This document shows positions 52,201-57,914 of a stretch of 64,000 nucleotides of DNA, piece by piece. Every line of letters starts with the position of its first letter. The stretch's first letter is position 1. The stretch lies in the IMG/VR virus record IMGVR_UViG_3300013382_000009; one strand, written 5' to 3'. A model generated the notes under the pieces. That model was not told the origin of the DNA and ran no database searches. It saw only the letters and a program-made list of their open reading frames with translations. A program made the translations under genes and the position numbers. The DNA comes from an uncultured virus (IMG/VR IMGVR_UViG_3300013382_000009). Its lineage: Duplodnaviria > Heunggongvirae > Uroviricota > Caudoviricetes.

Positions 52201-53514
52201 GTACGTAGTGCTTACGATGCGAAAGAGGTGTCAACCAACTTCAACCGACATGGTTCTGGTAGTGAAATCAAGAGCTTCAAGAATGGTGAGATGGGATGGT
52301 TCGAAGAAAAACGCAAGCAAACCTATCGCTACACCTCTGCTTGGTTCAGAAATACCTCTATGTTCTTCAACGCAGGTATTCAGAGTACCAACTTGCTTGT
52401 AAAGAACTTGAAGAACAATACAGCTGGCACCTTGGGATATATTGCAAGCGGTCCTATGATTAGCGGTATGGCTATCGCTCTGCTCAACAACTTCCTTATC
52501 GCCAACGAGGACGAGAAAGACCGCAAGGGAGTGAAAGACCCATACGGCGAGTTGCCAGATTACATCAGAAGAAACAACTTATGTGTATATGTGGGCGGCG
52601 GCGAGTTTGTTACCATTCCGCTTGCCATCGAGGAAAGAGCCTTCTATGGACTTGGCGACTTGGTGGCAGGACTTACATTCTCGCCTAACATTAGCGGACA
52701 GAATAACCCTTTCTTGGATGCAGTGGGCTGCATGTCGCAATTAGTTCCTGTGGCTGATTACCTTGGCAATGCTTCATTTGGTAAGCATCCTGTTCAAGAG
52801 ACGGTGAAGGCTGTGATGCCTTCGGCTACCTCGCCATTTATCGAATGGGCTTACAACAGCGACTGGAAAGGTGCTCCTATCGAACGAGACAACAAGTTTG
52901 ACGAGAATCAGCCAGCTTGGATGCTCGCTTACAAGGGTACTCCTGACGTGTTGTTGGACTTAAACAAGAAGGTTAATGCGTGGACTAACGGTGTAGCCCC
53001 AGGTAATGAGGATATGCTTGGAAACAGCTTCTTGGATGCGGTTACTAATCCTTCGGGATTGCAGCACTTCTATAGTAGTTATCTCGGTGGTGCGGCTACC
53101 TTTGCGGAGCGCACGCTTGGGCTTATCAAGCATGGCAAAGATACCGAGACCAAGGATGTTCCTTTCGTCCGTTCTCTCTTCTATACGCCGAGCGAGCAGA
53201 CTAGCTTGCAGAGGACGAAGAGCAAGTGGTATAACTACAAGGACGAAATGGAGGTTACCATGGCGAACGTGGATAGACTGAAAGCGAAGAACGTTCCGAT
53301 TGACAAGAGACTATCGAACATCGGGGAGTATTACCACTTCCAGAACTCGAAGGATGCTGTGAAGGTAAGAGTGATTGAGCTTGCCGAAAAACAGATGGAG
53401 CAATGGAAGAAGCTGAGAGACAAATCCTCTGATACCGAGAGCATCAAGTTTGCTAATGAGAATATTGACAGGATCATGATGGATGCGGTGGAACAGCTGG
53501 ATAAGCTGAACTAA
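34294..53514 (+). CDS. giant polyvalent (DarB-like) virion-injected protein, 6406 aa
   Basis: ParB-like (DGNGRT), HEYTH, HELIH, MTase (EPSAGNG, NPPF), strawberry-notch-type SF2 helicase (GDMTGIGKGR, DESH, SAT, QMRGRIDR), HEMIH, HEVVGH, C-terminal LPD38-like region. Confidence 0.9.
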   Translation: MSDNNTSYFDLYKALKADGAVQGDWGSFHKFIGAPGKQGYLNRKKLYDALKADGAVQSGSYEEFNMKLFRGGQASLKAAKQRQTQKSVQSQPSKPMTTAERARQIGQEYMQGKAGKSKQPVDYLHRPQSQRGKAPVNAPKTASPFVQSLYEIDNAKKGADYPVSYSSPRGVQQVYQQNQQVRKQAAKTAADHIANDEYRRQSQPMIDNGTVGVMKPMGQLEEDMQQSAKQMVDTNMLGDVNDAIKQGLAENEENGAYEMGRVSGSTSGSFWDKYLSMLGGQGTSSTAIRAYNEANDPEKALKRIGLGLQTLADDPRFSKQISDEANRLGVTEDYYKSYLANQLNSELEKRFDKEAIKKYFPKDSISYWLNNAARANTITSTIMGAAGTKGVNRLAEEAMAETNEGNNPYYKPSTFEKVSSEVAGMVSDPLFKGAAGAGGKVAGKLLGNSTRVGALMANGNLAQRLGLSGVQAVTSGGVTGFTFGATSGAIQNFSTGEDTSLGGTLKAMLASGASEAGSFATMSLAGVPLGQFGRSIGLKSVKTTPLTKDWFKYGSAKIGMEAAKTYMEGMGMYLGGYVSGKIEGRNQEFSLFDGTLESLPTAIGFRLTHLAEGLKGKRYDKNGKPLNWWNSTMVKFNEFLTSDKAKVSQYMMTEGEKQQIMNSIDETNAANPGLFGNVFDAAMKAKTELKTTGGILEKPFIGEPTSFGDVERDMEVVETVYDKIIADPNVSWDAKAKFSAMVMGVMPSSRPLMDYVLFTNEVVMKDNLNRGTRKYINEYSKYGELLSKREYTDADEKDKALYTMKAYKEQARLWNAISAVTNIDKNNYDMQNDFYMQGIKNAVSNADIRAFVDGLGIKGSAVEREFTNYAMEKGNVLKIFDSVAKQYGMETADLVKAFNKSAMRRTDREQEACIHLRQIMEFTAFPPNKVHAEQSNLNGKDVASDNNLGTEQPNGEAVKQELNGLRQAEAEMDVLMRDNDVFSQNFKKLQSQGLTNPQIYDWMIQNGLTQEQLEPFAHYINANARVQGMQEATKQKIEEVVSGVVQDWSYHGDLNGQKMDGEQVVYVQDSEGRTLIVGSGDVAFDPTTGRAKEDVGDLLICFDPNTKEMVYLKTDDVTFMQTQKPEDFANEYRQRLQMINSQPYNEAAQEQAMQDAAKPQPKEETQHKSENGGKNGELAPQDNTTSAKVSTTSPKDNTTKEDLVPQEQPQQTRKFADGTDVPMTTDRKGRPTPDYGAMKPEQAAEILSQDLGDSAQPYVDAQIKQAEKAVKDAEKMKIDMSGEPNDVIEQQKAKAKTIEAAKKQLEQAQNIKKAMTAKAVAETMGKPTEEKVEGANEASSEVAKKFQNAPRLQGNHVSKRLPNGDKISGHYEIVPAESLTPSHDVMNDYKKSEGFPVDAEGRTINDRDYEHDKAAQQTTDQMAQKYSGQAISQVPTVSDEGIVYDGNGRTMAGQKAAKNGTDAEYIEDLMDNAQNYGFTKEQIEQSGTEHPRLVMVTDERLPYDTATFSMFNRNEKKTQSNTEQAVAKAKTLTSDEVGAIVADIEGNGSLDAFFNNSKAINDLVKTLVSKGVIGQNEVAGFMDGPDRLSAQGKEYVKNLLLGSVFKPETIRMLGVDSKITNAAINGIRAIMDNLKLGDYSLRDEIDQAIQLLYEAGRNKMSVDDLLKQSSAFEENARDRFPMIAQAMAQALEDKPTTFRELMSEYNNIAKNYNTNEGTLGFYDKLTPEQVVEEFLNASKAIKNNNIKLYGKESETERSNDASGNEEPAKEAGGAAGTEGNGNAETEPEIKVKKALKRIATEITNQTGIEVVTDEKVGQSTLEDAEATDSNVKYSRVTDKDLIAQLEKEPKIKVYRAMQVIDGKLYPPMAAYADGKLVEANELGKWIQSDEMPDSKNTVYKIKGSPTTISKDRAIKGEDGVWRDSKTGKELVTGDDGEPTWYFKLQKGKGADGKKLTDVPAAYNPYWHLSYSPLNDQFKSAWIRPNIVVVECEVPASELNSGYRAEHAKNSVGMTPWTSGVVTKQLIAQRHEGRKVMLSRWCKPVRVVPDAEVAAKIKEFIGDHDVEIPENVVTPRQKVELEKLGVKIGKPEKGMNKNEQIADAIKLGLQVDNTVKEQRASAGSTVSGMEKMPKGLQMNPSVLTDQILNYHGDHIAKLLGEVPEDSTVKYFSAHNGVWYFYRVDHDRNIILDGAISANKDNYREYEQKIKEYYGIDGGAEAIYNYVQEAGFDTGANRNLHDYFLEGGNTRHSAMGERPNEPQGKARIEDNGTAGRTLRQGVGEEQSGAIKEFRSANGEVYGFTVDGKIYLDTKKMKPETPLHEYTHLWTEALRNGNPTEWENVKSLFDEVEGLKEEVQKLYPELKGDNLYEEMITTFSGREGAKKLEKVVRGLAKEDGKTVEERAKATGFITKVKEALQKYWKGVADMLHIHFTSAEEVADKVLADWASGFNPNKAFDVNDRDGDYTKNNVEYIVKNTKLPFGKKYGEELSQEEVKSLFYGDNDYSKKYGKLFDRVYDVARKLGIKISFKIPPETYSAYGLADLDNVYLNPILLARGEHKVFPNKKYSLYVKEDTLPHAMLHELIHSVTAYALERYERDKDSMPKELRAAAESLIDLYEATRKATLDYVNEYGRENEQEFIAELSNPNFCKLLKKTNVWTRVKDAIKQFFFPLISSEKNVLDKSWKETNSYKELSSLLDDFLEHSDKGLFEEEIGVQNGEIKGKEEAKEEPVPIMPKPVDPSNPIEKAAEDYKKEHPLSEDEILNTTAFDGLPEDQKQYCIDAALDYLNGEDTSAISEAYYRNAYEKRSSRPAETAKVAKADSETVKAGQAEVSADPMEGIKNAAEGFEQEKAERERKQKEATQKVLNVIKASNEKAKTRKQLEAEKNAADNEFEAFMKELRKKQSGQLNSGFIDQNLIEAAPKMFSLAAKCAYTRIKLGMYDAKEVVKDLRNRFKDAFDGFDKRDVETFYSEIMNQKWRDGDKRMSLNEWAEHYRKLSPEYKEKLEGDSKDAEERKMSEKKFIDRVNIRLGFGQKINGIVELRKMAEECGLKDVKDTDLQELAETAIVQRARGIASSASTNDAKKFELIKKLYENQPSLNQRDSERVMKQQYSTPAPYAFLADMYVKGGGKEVKSALEPSAGNGMLTIGLPMDVVHVNDIDAQRLANLRRQGFKNVTSQDGTQPFADKDVDVVVTNPPFGSATPKEYDGYKISSLEGQMAINALESMKDDGRAAIIIGGKTEYAKNGSLNPKDKAFLGYLYSHYNVEDVINVDGSLYAKQGTTYPTRIILINGRRLDENVFPPVKSKARAESVKDYDELYKRISDDILRGERMDSSIGREEGSTRPELDRQGSVDTHEEGVRMGGQRGGEQTDIRGEEQSGEPSVSGTSDNVANRPTAERETDGGLSDGDNSADRTGTDASQGEGTEARANEQRVSGRRGLGGNDSKPSTSEPTDNSGGRSRGQLQRVDESVRGLSTEKVTYAPRSENPFTLKAVMPADQQEAVNKNLEKLGDADQFLVDELGYNDKEDLYSHLAAEQVDSVALALQQAKKGNAFIIGDMTGIGKGRQAASLIRYAKKQGQVPVYFTKTAGLLSDVYRDLVDIGSPELRPFVFGSAKEAAITDSEGNVKFALPSKSEVKRVLDYIEKNGKLPKEYDYVLTTYSQVSNGVYEFDENGARKERKLAKGKSFGAAALSGQRRRDAIEKLMDNGYLILDESHTAGGDSGQGNYFQHIIQKAKNVTFFSATFAKRPDNMPIYALRTAMNQGGLKSADLIDAVKRGGATLQEIMSQTLTQCGQMIRRERDMTGVTIDWRAIDEPEKVKEQREQYDSIIGLFNDIINFQKTYVSGYVEEQNEAMAAMQASMGIKRGTEALGIKNVPFTSKAFNTVQQVLLSLKAKSAAERAIDYLKQGMKPVIALNNTNESQTGNIALGEEMDAPDLGTSLRKGLEGTLRYTSKNAKDESSSGYIRLEDLGDDAVEAYRNLEKKIKETSTGLSLSPIDVIKNELEKAGYKVGELTGRSTEFVYNENGTVTKVKRTDTDKKKLAREFNDGQIDALILNKSAATGISLHASSKYKDQRKRVMIVAQQQLDVNDEVQMRGRIDRTGQVARGAYEYVVSLIPAEQRLLIMFKAKLKSLDANTTSSQKSKFNEMEVADITNKYGDKVVREYMAEHLDLYSRMADPFGWEKSFGDDLSSTPTQSLVVTKSGVGDGEAGADASKLLGRMALLKVAEQEKMLNEIGELYANEIQRLNEMGENDLEITELPLKAKTISKEVWKEGAEPGGDNAFADNTYIEKVNMAILKKPMKAKEVKKAQDGLTGGKSWDEYKEEKWKAIESYFVNKGAEEGAKIEERARKAAAKAREKYIKDAKRGQKDSGMTDEQIAQMAIYQQDNIYKQESAKSEDLIKNLKNKAGMFLRVLETCNTEDAYVLPVDMNKPNELSGFGNSYGRLIDIKITDNFSPNASTVSFATLDGRRKITFPISGMVGSGENRTDVIAAIDRMTRQASGLGDKHLRVLSMDVNNWDKLVSNESRKDGYIVTGNLMQALIDSKNQGVGGQLVKYTTDTGEVKTGILMPDRFKPTDVANEYPISSVADKFELPSHKGGIEQAVSSDGDVKVILGFDHGDTYYQIQVPKSKAKGGKYFLDKDLLSMVRGHNFETRGNRMMANIDENQLRPVLARLSNLGVKVREERKSSDDGTHFREDHGLQYSKTDTKDVKKSRIIPEDVDKSVSSQIEKKFDDRVNELTKDLSEEDKAEFNRHLDHYTSDFSRARASEITYTLNGLRNELIFWERTFGNGERAGRTHLVQIRKVELEAAEAAARREMDYREVRAKALEDSYGLRRGAKTSFADISRLFEATNQSEDGGTRRLFEKASDIAKRLGVEFGGKDEGKTRGNIAEATPDRDINFFIDSVCRTNTNSKEIAHSILHEMIHQATMGAIHLVKDGKADGMLTPKQIEAVKNIIDIYNKAKADGRIVWEDGNRRDYGGKDEYEFAAEMSSEKQRNALDIPLGERIMNAVRELRNRGDNSLWQAVKNAWHKLFEVSDKSKMDKALNDIMDDFNKNIDDVAMNDIEENGYANQLDSPVSSHIAQLSEKVGAKVNMVNSADEVTNKQAKEAIEEGKHITGWYDEKTGEVHLYMPNIHDRYTAEKTIWHEVVGHKGMRELFGEDRFDKFLRSVWYDLDKPEYAVLKKLVMEEMKYNPFNVYNAIEEGIARLAEDGRGEAGFWNNIKNKVSDFLHEIGYRMAPNTKDVKYLLWLSKNLQKNPNDPYWKMRAEAVKYRLDHERVPSVIEHDGVFRDNDGKIYKDLGDLPKAEYQEATDGQIHFRTTPSAGTALDRYHRSLDEHGYMFTESYMDNMLSLKNLMTAIVPGKKIEDIASSENPYILQNTMQGAMSDAARMFERNVMKPLDKAMAGVLDAFDGKNDDEKIRNFNLYMITKHGLERNRILYVRDALKDMRMDEKKKKLADTIENDWDNEKATLDEKLERGDIDLKEYYKQMDDFIRTYVDETNKFDAGEHDYSGIHAIQKVEKSSDPYDDAEAIQSVMDSEGRMEDIKKGAVKDYWDKVKTATQYSIDCDYRNGLISRELYGHVSEMFNWYVPLRKYDEATAEDTYGYITEKGDPKSYIGKTIMRARGHKYLSETNILAQIGAMGNRAIKNGGQNAIKQAFARFIRNNSNNNLVTETSVWYVSDPITQTTVERYPDIPDDATADEISQIVSDFNMEMNDLASKGLATKVYRRGRIGYKFQRAENKSQHIVDVMIAGKKHSFIVNGNPRAAQALNGLLEHKNETGIGKIAGKISRFMAQTCTSYNPEFVMRNMIRDFEFASSNLLAKEGARYTGIFEKYYAKVGIIEGIRNSKLSDFKDTGGFGLFVKYRNGTLDTSDKIQRYFKEFMENGGETGWVQIKSMKEWTEEYKRDIKAERNKAVKVGKGFYNAIFKNLENVNEIAENMARFATYCASRDSNRSVVRSAYDAKEVSTNFNRHGSGSEIKSFKNGEMGWFEEKRKQTYRYTSAWFRNTSMFFNAGIQSTNLLVKNLKNNTAGTLGYIASGPMISGMAIALLNNFLIANEDEKDRKGVKDPYGELPDYIRRNNLCVYVGGGEFVTIPLAIEERAFYGLGDLVAGLTFSPNISGQNNPFLDAVGCMSQLVPVADYLGNASFGKHPVQETVKAVMPSATSPFIEWAYNSDWKGAPIERDNKFDENQPAWMLAYKGTPDVLLDLNKKVNAWTNGVAPGNEDMLGNSFLDAVTNPSGLQHFYSSYLGGAATFAERTLGLIKHGKDTETKDVPFVRSLFYTPSEQTSLQRTKSKWYNYKDEMEVTMANVDRLKAKNVPIDKRLSNIGEYYHFQNSKDAVKVRVIELAEKQMEQWKKLRDKSSDTESIKFANENIDRIMMDAVEQLDKLN

Positions 53515-53519
53515 AATAA

Positions 53520-53546
53520 AAGGAGTGGGCGCAAGGCTCACTCCTT
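53520..53546. terminator. bidirectional terminator
   Basis: AAGGAGTGGGC-GCAAG-GCTCACTCCTT between convergent genes. Confidence 0.8.
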
Positions 53547-53550
53547 ATTT

Positions 53551-54204
53551 TTATCTATAATATATATAATCTTGGTTCTTCTTTTTATAGCAAAAATAGA
53601 TATAATAAATAATTGTATATAATACTGCTTCTATCATCGTCAAGAGAATAAACATCCAAGCCTCGTTATGATTGGAAGGGAAAAATATGTAGTTAAATTT
53701 TAATTGGACACTAATCCATAACACTAAAAACGTAACTACGTAGAATCCAACAACAATAGATACGACAAAAGTCAAAAAATGCTCATCATATTTTCGGTAA
53801 ATATAATCAAGCAAATTCAATTCTTTGGTATAATACGTTCGTGCAACTATAAAAGGAGAGCAAACGACTGGGTAGAACAAAGAGATGGTTATCATCTCGC
53901 TTAAATAGTCCTCTCCAAAAAAATAATAATCCAAAAGAGCCATCATTGAGCAGCAAACAATATTCGATAATGCCCAATACAAATATCTATATTTTATTCG
54001 ATGGTAACCATGTTTTTCGCTTCCTAGACCTTTAGAAAGCATAAAAGGAATTAGTATAGCTATGATAGGGAAAGCTTGTTGATAAATTAAATCTCTCCCA
54101 TTTTTGAAAAACATATACAATTCTGGCACTAGCATTAAAGCCCATACCATATATCTTATATACCTATTTAATAAAAATCTCTTGATACCAGATTTCTGTT
54201 CCAT
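53551..54204 (-). CDS. AT-rich polytopic membrane protein
   Basis: about six hydrophobic segments. Confidence 0.7.
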   Translation of the reverse strand: MEQKSGIKRFLLNRYIRYMVWALMLVPELYMFFKNGRDLIYQQAFPIIAILIPFMLSKGLGSEKHGYHRIKYRYLYWALSNIVCCSMMALLDYYFFGEDYLSEMITISLFYPVVCSPFIVARTYYTKELNLLDYIYRKYDEHFLTFVVSIVVGFYVVTFLVLWISVQLKFNYIFFPSNHNEAWMFILLTMIEAVLYTIIYYIYFCYKKKNQDYIYYR

Positions 54205-54207
54205 ACA

Positions 54208-54444
54208 TTATTTATTATTATGCTGCATCCTATACTTTTTACTATAGCAAATGTGGCAAGGAGTTCGAAAGGAGCTGTCGGCTTCCTTTTTACTAATCTC
54301 TACAATAGCCCCTCCGCAATTTCTTAAACCTTTACAATACTCTGTTTTATGGTATCTTCTTGAATAAGAACCAGTACATATATAAACAGTATCTGTACAA
54401 GATGCCAACAAACAGAGCATTATTGCAATCAATATTTTCTTCAT
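54208..54444 (-). CDS. small lipoprotein with Ada-like Zn motif
   Basis: LLASC lipobox; VYICTG...YHKTEYCKGL...PCHIC. Confidence 0.7.
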   Translation of the reverse strand: MKKILIAIMLCLLASCTDTVYICTGSYSRRYHKTEYCKGLRNCGGAIVEISKKEADSSFRTPCHICYSKKYRMQHNNK

Positions 54445-54445
54445 A

Positions 54446-54754
54446 CTAAGCAAAAATATGTTTGATTATATGAAATAAAATATCATATATCGCACAAGAA
54501 CCTAATAGCGAAATTAATGTTTTATACTCGTTCTTCTCACTTATGCAGCGATTAATAAGTAAGGCTACTGGTATGATGATTATCATATCAAGCAAAACTA
54601 TTCCTGCTTCTGAGATTAATTTTACAATAGGCGTTGGGTGGTACAAATCATCAGCCACACCTTCATCCCAACCAAATACAGCTTTATAATCGCTGACTAA
54701 TCTTAAGATAAAGCATCCTAGAAAGACATAAATTGATAATAGTAATTTCTTCAT
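54446..54754 (-). CDS. AT-rich membrane protein
   Basis: three hydrophobic segments. Confidence 0.6.
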   Translation of the reverse strand: MKKLLLSIYVFLGCFILRLVSDYKAVFGWDEGVADDLYHPTPIVKLISEAGIVLLDMIIIIPVALLINRCISEKNEYKTLISLLGSCAIYDILFHIIKHIFA

Positions 54755-54765
54755 ATTTATAATTT

Positions 54766-55212
54766 TTATTTTAAATCACGACATGTTATTGTAATATTTC
54801 CAAAAGGCATGCTATTACAATCTACATAAGTATAATTAAATTTAATTCCAAGTTTTGCTAAGTATGAGACATATTGAGAATATGTTACAGAATTGTCCCA
54901 AGTTCTTATTTCCCTCTTCCAACCAGTAATGACATTTTTCTTAATTTCAGACAATATATAATTTCTCTGAGAATCAGTAAAATCATTATATCTGTCCGCC
55001 ATTTTGTAATGATAAGAGAGCGTCCACCCTGTAAATGTTACATACATAAGAGTTGTAGTATCATCCACACGAATCGGTGTTTGTTGATTCATTTCCCTAC
55101 ACATACTCATAAAGTAATTTTTTAAAGTATTCTTTTCTTTTGGTGAAATATACTGCGCATAGTTATTTATTGCCACTATACAGAAAAGTAAAAGTGTTAT
55201 AATTTTCTTCAT
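54766..55212 (-). CDS. secreted hypothetical protein
   Basis: signal peptide MKKIITLLLFCIVAINNYA; NQQTPIRVDDTTTL; minus-strand promoter TACTTTTG near 55244. Confidence 0.65.
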   Translation of the reverse strand: MKKIITLLLFCIVAINNYAQYISPKEKNTLKNYFMSMCREMNQQTPIRVDDTTTLMYVTFTGWTLSYHYKMADRYNDFTDSQRNYILSEIKKNVITGWKREIRTWDNSVTYSQYVSYLAKLGIKFNYTYVDCNSMPFGNITITCRDLK

Positions 55213-55470
55213 ATTGATAAATGTTATAAGCGTTATTTTCTGGCAAAAGTAGTAAAAATATCGGTAAGTTGTATCGGTCATGCCGGGGTTTCTTTAAAAT
55301 TTAGAATAATACTAAATAAGTGAGCAGTTTCTTGCTCATCGTAAATCATTGATTTTCAATAGATATTTGCTTACAAATTTATTTTTGAGCATAGTTAGGT
55401 CACGCCGAGGATTTGGAGTACCTTTGCAACAAGTTCAATAGTGGACGAAACGATTAATCTATCATTTTTT

Positions 55471-56463
55471 ATGGAAAGCAAAACTTATGTTTTCGGAAAT
55501 GAAGGTACTAGCGGCAACAATGGTATGCTAGGACTTCTTGCGCCACTGCTCCAGAAGCAGGGCGTTGACCCAAACGTGCTTCTCGCCATGAACAGCAAAG
55601 GCAATGGTGGCTGGGGAGACTGCGGTGGTATGTTCATCTGGGTTATCTTCCTGTTCTTCTTGATGGGATGGGGTAACAACGGTTGGGGTGGCAATGGCTT
55701 CGGCGGTGGTCGTGGTGCAGGTCTCGCCAACGAAATCAACAACGACTACGGTCGCTCCCTCTTGATGGATGCCATCGGTGGAAATCGCAATGCCATCAGC
55801 AACTTGGCTACTCAGCTGAACTGTACCGAGGGACAGATTCAGGGTGCCATCGCCAACTTGACCTCTCAGGTTGCCAACGTGGGTAATCAGGTAGGTATGA
55901 GCGGTATGCAGACCATCAACGCCTTGCAGCAAGGCAATATGCAGATTGCTTCTCAGCTCGCAGACTGCTGCTGCAAGGTGAACAACAACATCACGGCAAT
56001 GGATGGTAACATCAAGTTGGCGATGTGTCAGCAGACTGGCACCTTGAACAACGCCATCAACAACGTGGCTGTAGGTCAGGAGCGTGGTTTCTCTAGCGTA
56101 GCTTACGAGACACAGAGACAGACTTGCGACATTCAGAACGCCATCAAGGACAGCACTCAGACCATCGTTGACGGTCAGCGTCAGGCTGAACTCAGAGAGA
56201 TGCAAGACAAGCTCGACCACTTGCGTGAGGAGAACAGCACCTTCAAGTCTAGTGCAATGACCTCTCAGATTGTGGGTCAGGCATTGGCTCCTGTTAACCA
56301 AGTGCTCGCAGGATTGCAGAGCGAGGTGGCTGGCATCAAGTGCAAGTTGCCTGAGACAGTTACCTTGAACTATTCACAAGCAACCGCAGTCCCGAACTGT
56401 GTTGCTGCACAAATGGGACTGTATGGTCTTAACACCCTTAATAATGGAGGGTTCTGGGGTTAA
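55471..56463 (+). CDS. Gly-rich TM plus long coiled-coil protein with CCC motif (conserved gut-phage hypothetical)
   Basis: FIWVIFLFFLMGWGNNGWGG, heptads, LADCCCK; promoter TACCTTTG at 55419. Confidence 0.75.
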   Translation: MESKTYVFGNEGTSGNNGMLGLLAPLLQKQGVDPNVLLAMNSKGNGGWGDCGGMFIWVIFLFFLMGWGNNGWGGNGFGGGRGAGLANEINNDYGRSLLMDAIGGNRNAISNLATQLNCTEGQIQGAIANLTSQVANVGNQVGMSGMQTINALQQGNMQIASQLADCCCKVNNNITAMDGNIKLAMCQQTGTLNNAINNVAVGQERGFSSVAYETQRQTCDIQNAIKDSTQTIVDGQRQAELREMQDKLDHLREENSTFKSSAMTSQIVGQALAPVNQVLAGLQSEVAGIKCKLPETVTLNYSQATAVPNCVAAQMGLYGLNTLNNGGFWG

Positions 56464-57401
56464 TCTACATCGGTAGATTGAGAGTTCTTTGACTTATTGA
56501 TAAGAGATTTGTAGTCGGAAAATAACATCCATTCATAGCCTTTATGTAGAGGTTGCAAATCTCGGCAACATAGAGAAACGCTTGAAGGGCAAAAGCCATA
56601 TTTCTTTGTTTTTACGATAGAATCAAAGATATGAACCAACTTTCCATCTTTGATTTGGCAAACCTTTAAAGTTCTCTTACTAANNNNNNNNNNTTTCGTA
56701 AGTGGATTGAGGTTGTTCTGTAAGAACGAACACCACCTTAGATTTTCAACTCTGTTATCATCTTTTATGGTGTTAATATGGTCTATACAAGGATATTTTT
56801 TGAGATTTGGCAGGAATGCGGTAGCCACAAGTCGGTGTATATAATAATTTTTAGACATACCATCTTTGACTAAAGCGACTCCTAGATAGTTTCCATAAGC
56901 AGTAGGCTTTAAGATTCTTCTACTATAGGTGGATTTTATTCTTCCTAAAGAAGATATTTCGTACAAGCCTTCGTACCCTTGCACAGCCTTCCATATTTCA
57001 CCTTCAAGTGAAGTGGTATCGTAAAGTTTGCGTGCTTGCTTCTTTCTTCTCCAATAAAGATTGTCAACTTTGCAGTTGTAGAAATCACCGTCCTTGGCAT
57101 CAAGTACGTAATTATTATCTGGTTGAGGAAGAAAATTTTGAGCAACAAGAAATGGAAGGTGTCTTTTGCTCTGCTTGCTATCTTTAGAGAGCGTAATACT
57201 TGGTGTCTTCTCCCCTTTTGTATTGCTCGCTCTGAGTAAGTGTGGTTGCTTGTAAACGTTCTGGTAGCGATTGTTTGCATATCGTTCCAAAGACACAACT
57301 CTACCATAAGACGATACTTTGTATAGTCCTTCAAATCCGATTACGTCTCGCCATTCCTCACCATCCAAGGTGATACTTTTAAGAAATTCTTGATTGTTCA
57401 T
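56460..57401 (-). CDS. NUMOD4-HNH homing endonuclease with duplicated NUMOD4-HNH unit
   Basis: EEWRDVIGFEGLYKVSSYGRV and EIWKAVQGYEGLYEISSLGRI; intact IHRLVA...DHINTIKDDNRVENLRW; contains a 10-N gap. Confidence 0.85.
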   Translation of the reverse strand: MNNQEFLKSITLDGEEWRDVIGFEGLYKVSSYGRVVSLERYANNRYQNVYKQPHLLRASNTKGEKTPSITLSKDSKQSKRHLPFLVAQNFLPQPDNNYVLDAKDGDFYNCKVDNLYWRRKKQARKLYDTTSLEGEIWKAVQGYEGLYEISSLGRIKSTYSRRILKPTAYGNYLGVALVKDGMSKNYYIHRLVATAFLPNLKKYPCIDHINTIKDDNRVENLRWCSFLQNNLNPLTKXXXXSKRTLKVCQIKDGKLVHIFDSIVKTKKYGFCPSSVSLCCRDLQPLHKGYEWMLFSDYKSLINKSKNSQSTDVD

Positions 57402-57506
57402 AACTGTCAACTATTTAAGAACGTGTCAACTTGAAAAATGGGAAGAGGCGTTGACATACCTCTTGTCAATGAGTTAATTACTCTCATCTATCCCGATGCA
57501 AAGTTA
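57402..57506 (-). promoter_or_regulatory. promoter and structured leader of the HNH gene
   Basis: TAACTTTG; cloverleaf with loop TGTCAAC and two downstream GTTGACA targets. Confidence 0.6.
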
Positions 57507-57535
57507 CTAATTAATTTTTAAATAAAGAAATTATT

Positions 57536-57886
57536 ATGGCATTAATTTGGAACTATCCATTTGCATGGGTGAATCGTAGAGGTTCGGCGGCGATTGCTTC
57601 ACAAGGCGTGACGGTGAACACGGACAACGTTGTCTTCTCGTTCAGAAATCACGCCTTCGTGAATGCGAACTACAGGGGAACGATTTTCGTGAACCTGATG
57701 CAGTCGATTCCGACTGGCACCACAACAACGCTGCCTATCCTTTTCGAGACCAACGGCGTAACTCAGGCTGTGACTAAGTACAATGGTGAGGCTCTTACGG
57801 TGGCTGATATTCCTGGTACTGGCGTGTTACAGTTCTGGTTTGAGAGAGACACTAACACCCTTCAACTGATGACGGGAATTGTTTAA
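57536..57886 (+). CDS. conserved hypothetical beta-rich protein
   Basis: 116-aa ORF, phage-like codon usage. Confidence 0.75.
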   Translation: MALIWNYPFAWVNRRGSAAIASQGVTVNTDNVVFSFRNHAFVNANYRGTIFVNLMQSIPTGTTTTLPILFETNGVTQAVTKYNGEALTVADIPGTGVLQFWFERDTNTLQLMTGIV

Positions 57887-57914
57887 CAAGATTGAATAGA
57901 TAGGAGATTACATT

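Noticed and set aside
34243..53541. Many minus-strand ORFs up to 401 aa opposite the giant gene, and similar plus-strand ORFs opposite 6800-12548
   Set aside because: Antisense shadows produced by biased codon usage; no motifs or independent signals
55276..55410. GGTCAYGCCG repeated twice between divergent promoters
   Set aside because: Only two short copies; insufficient to call an operator without homologues
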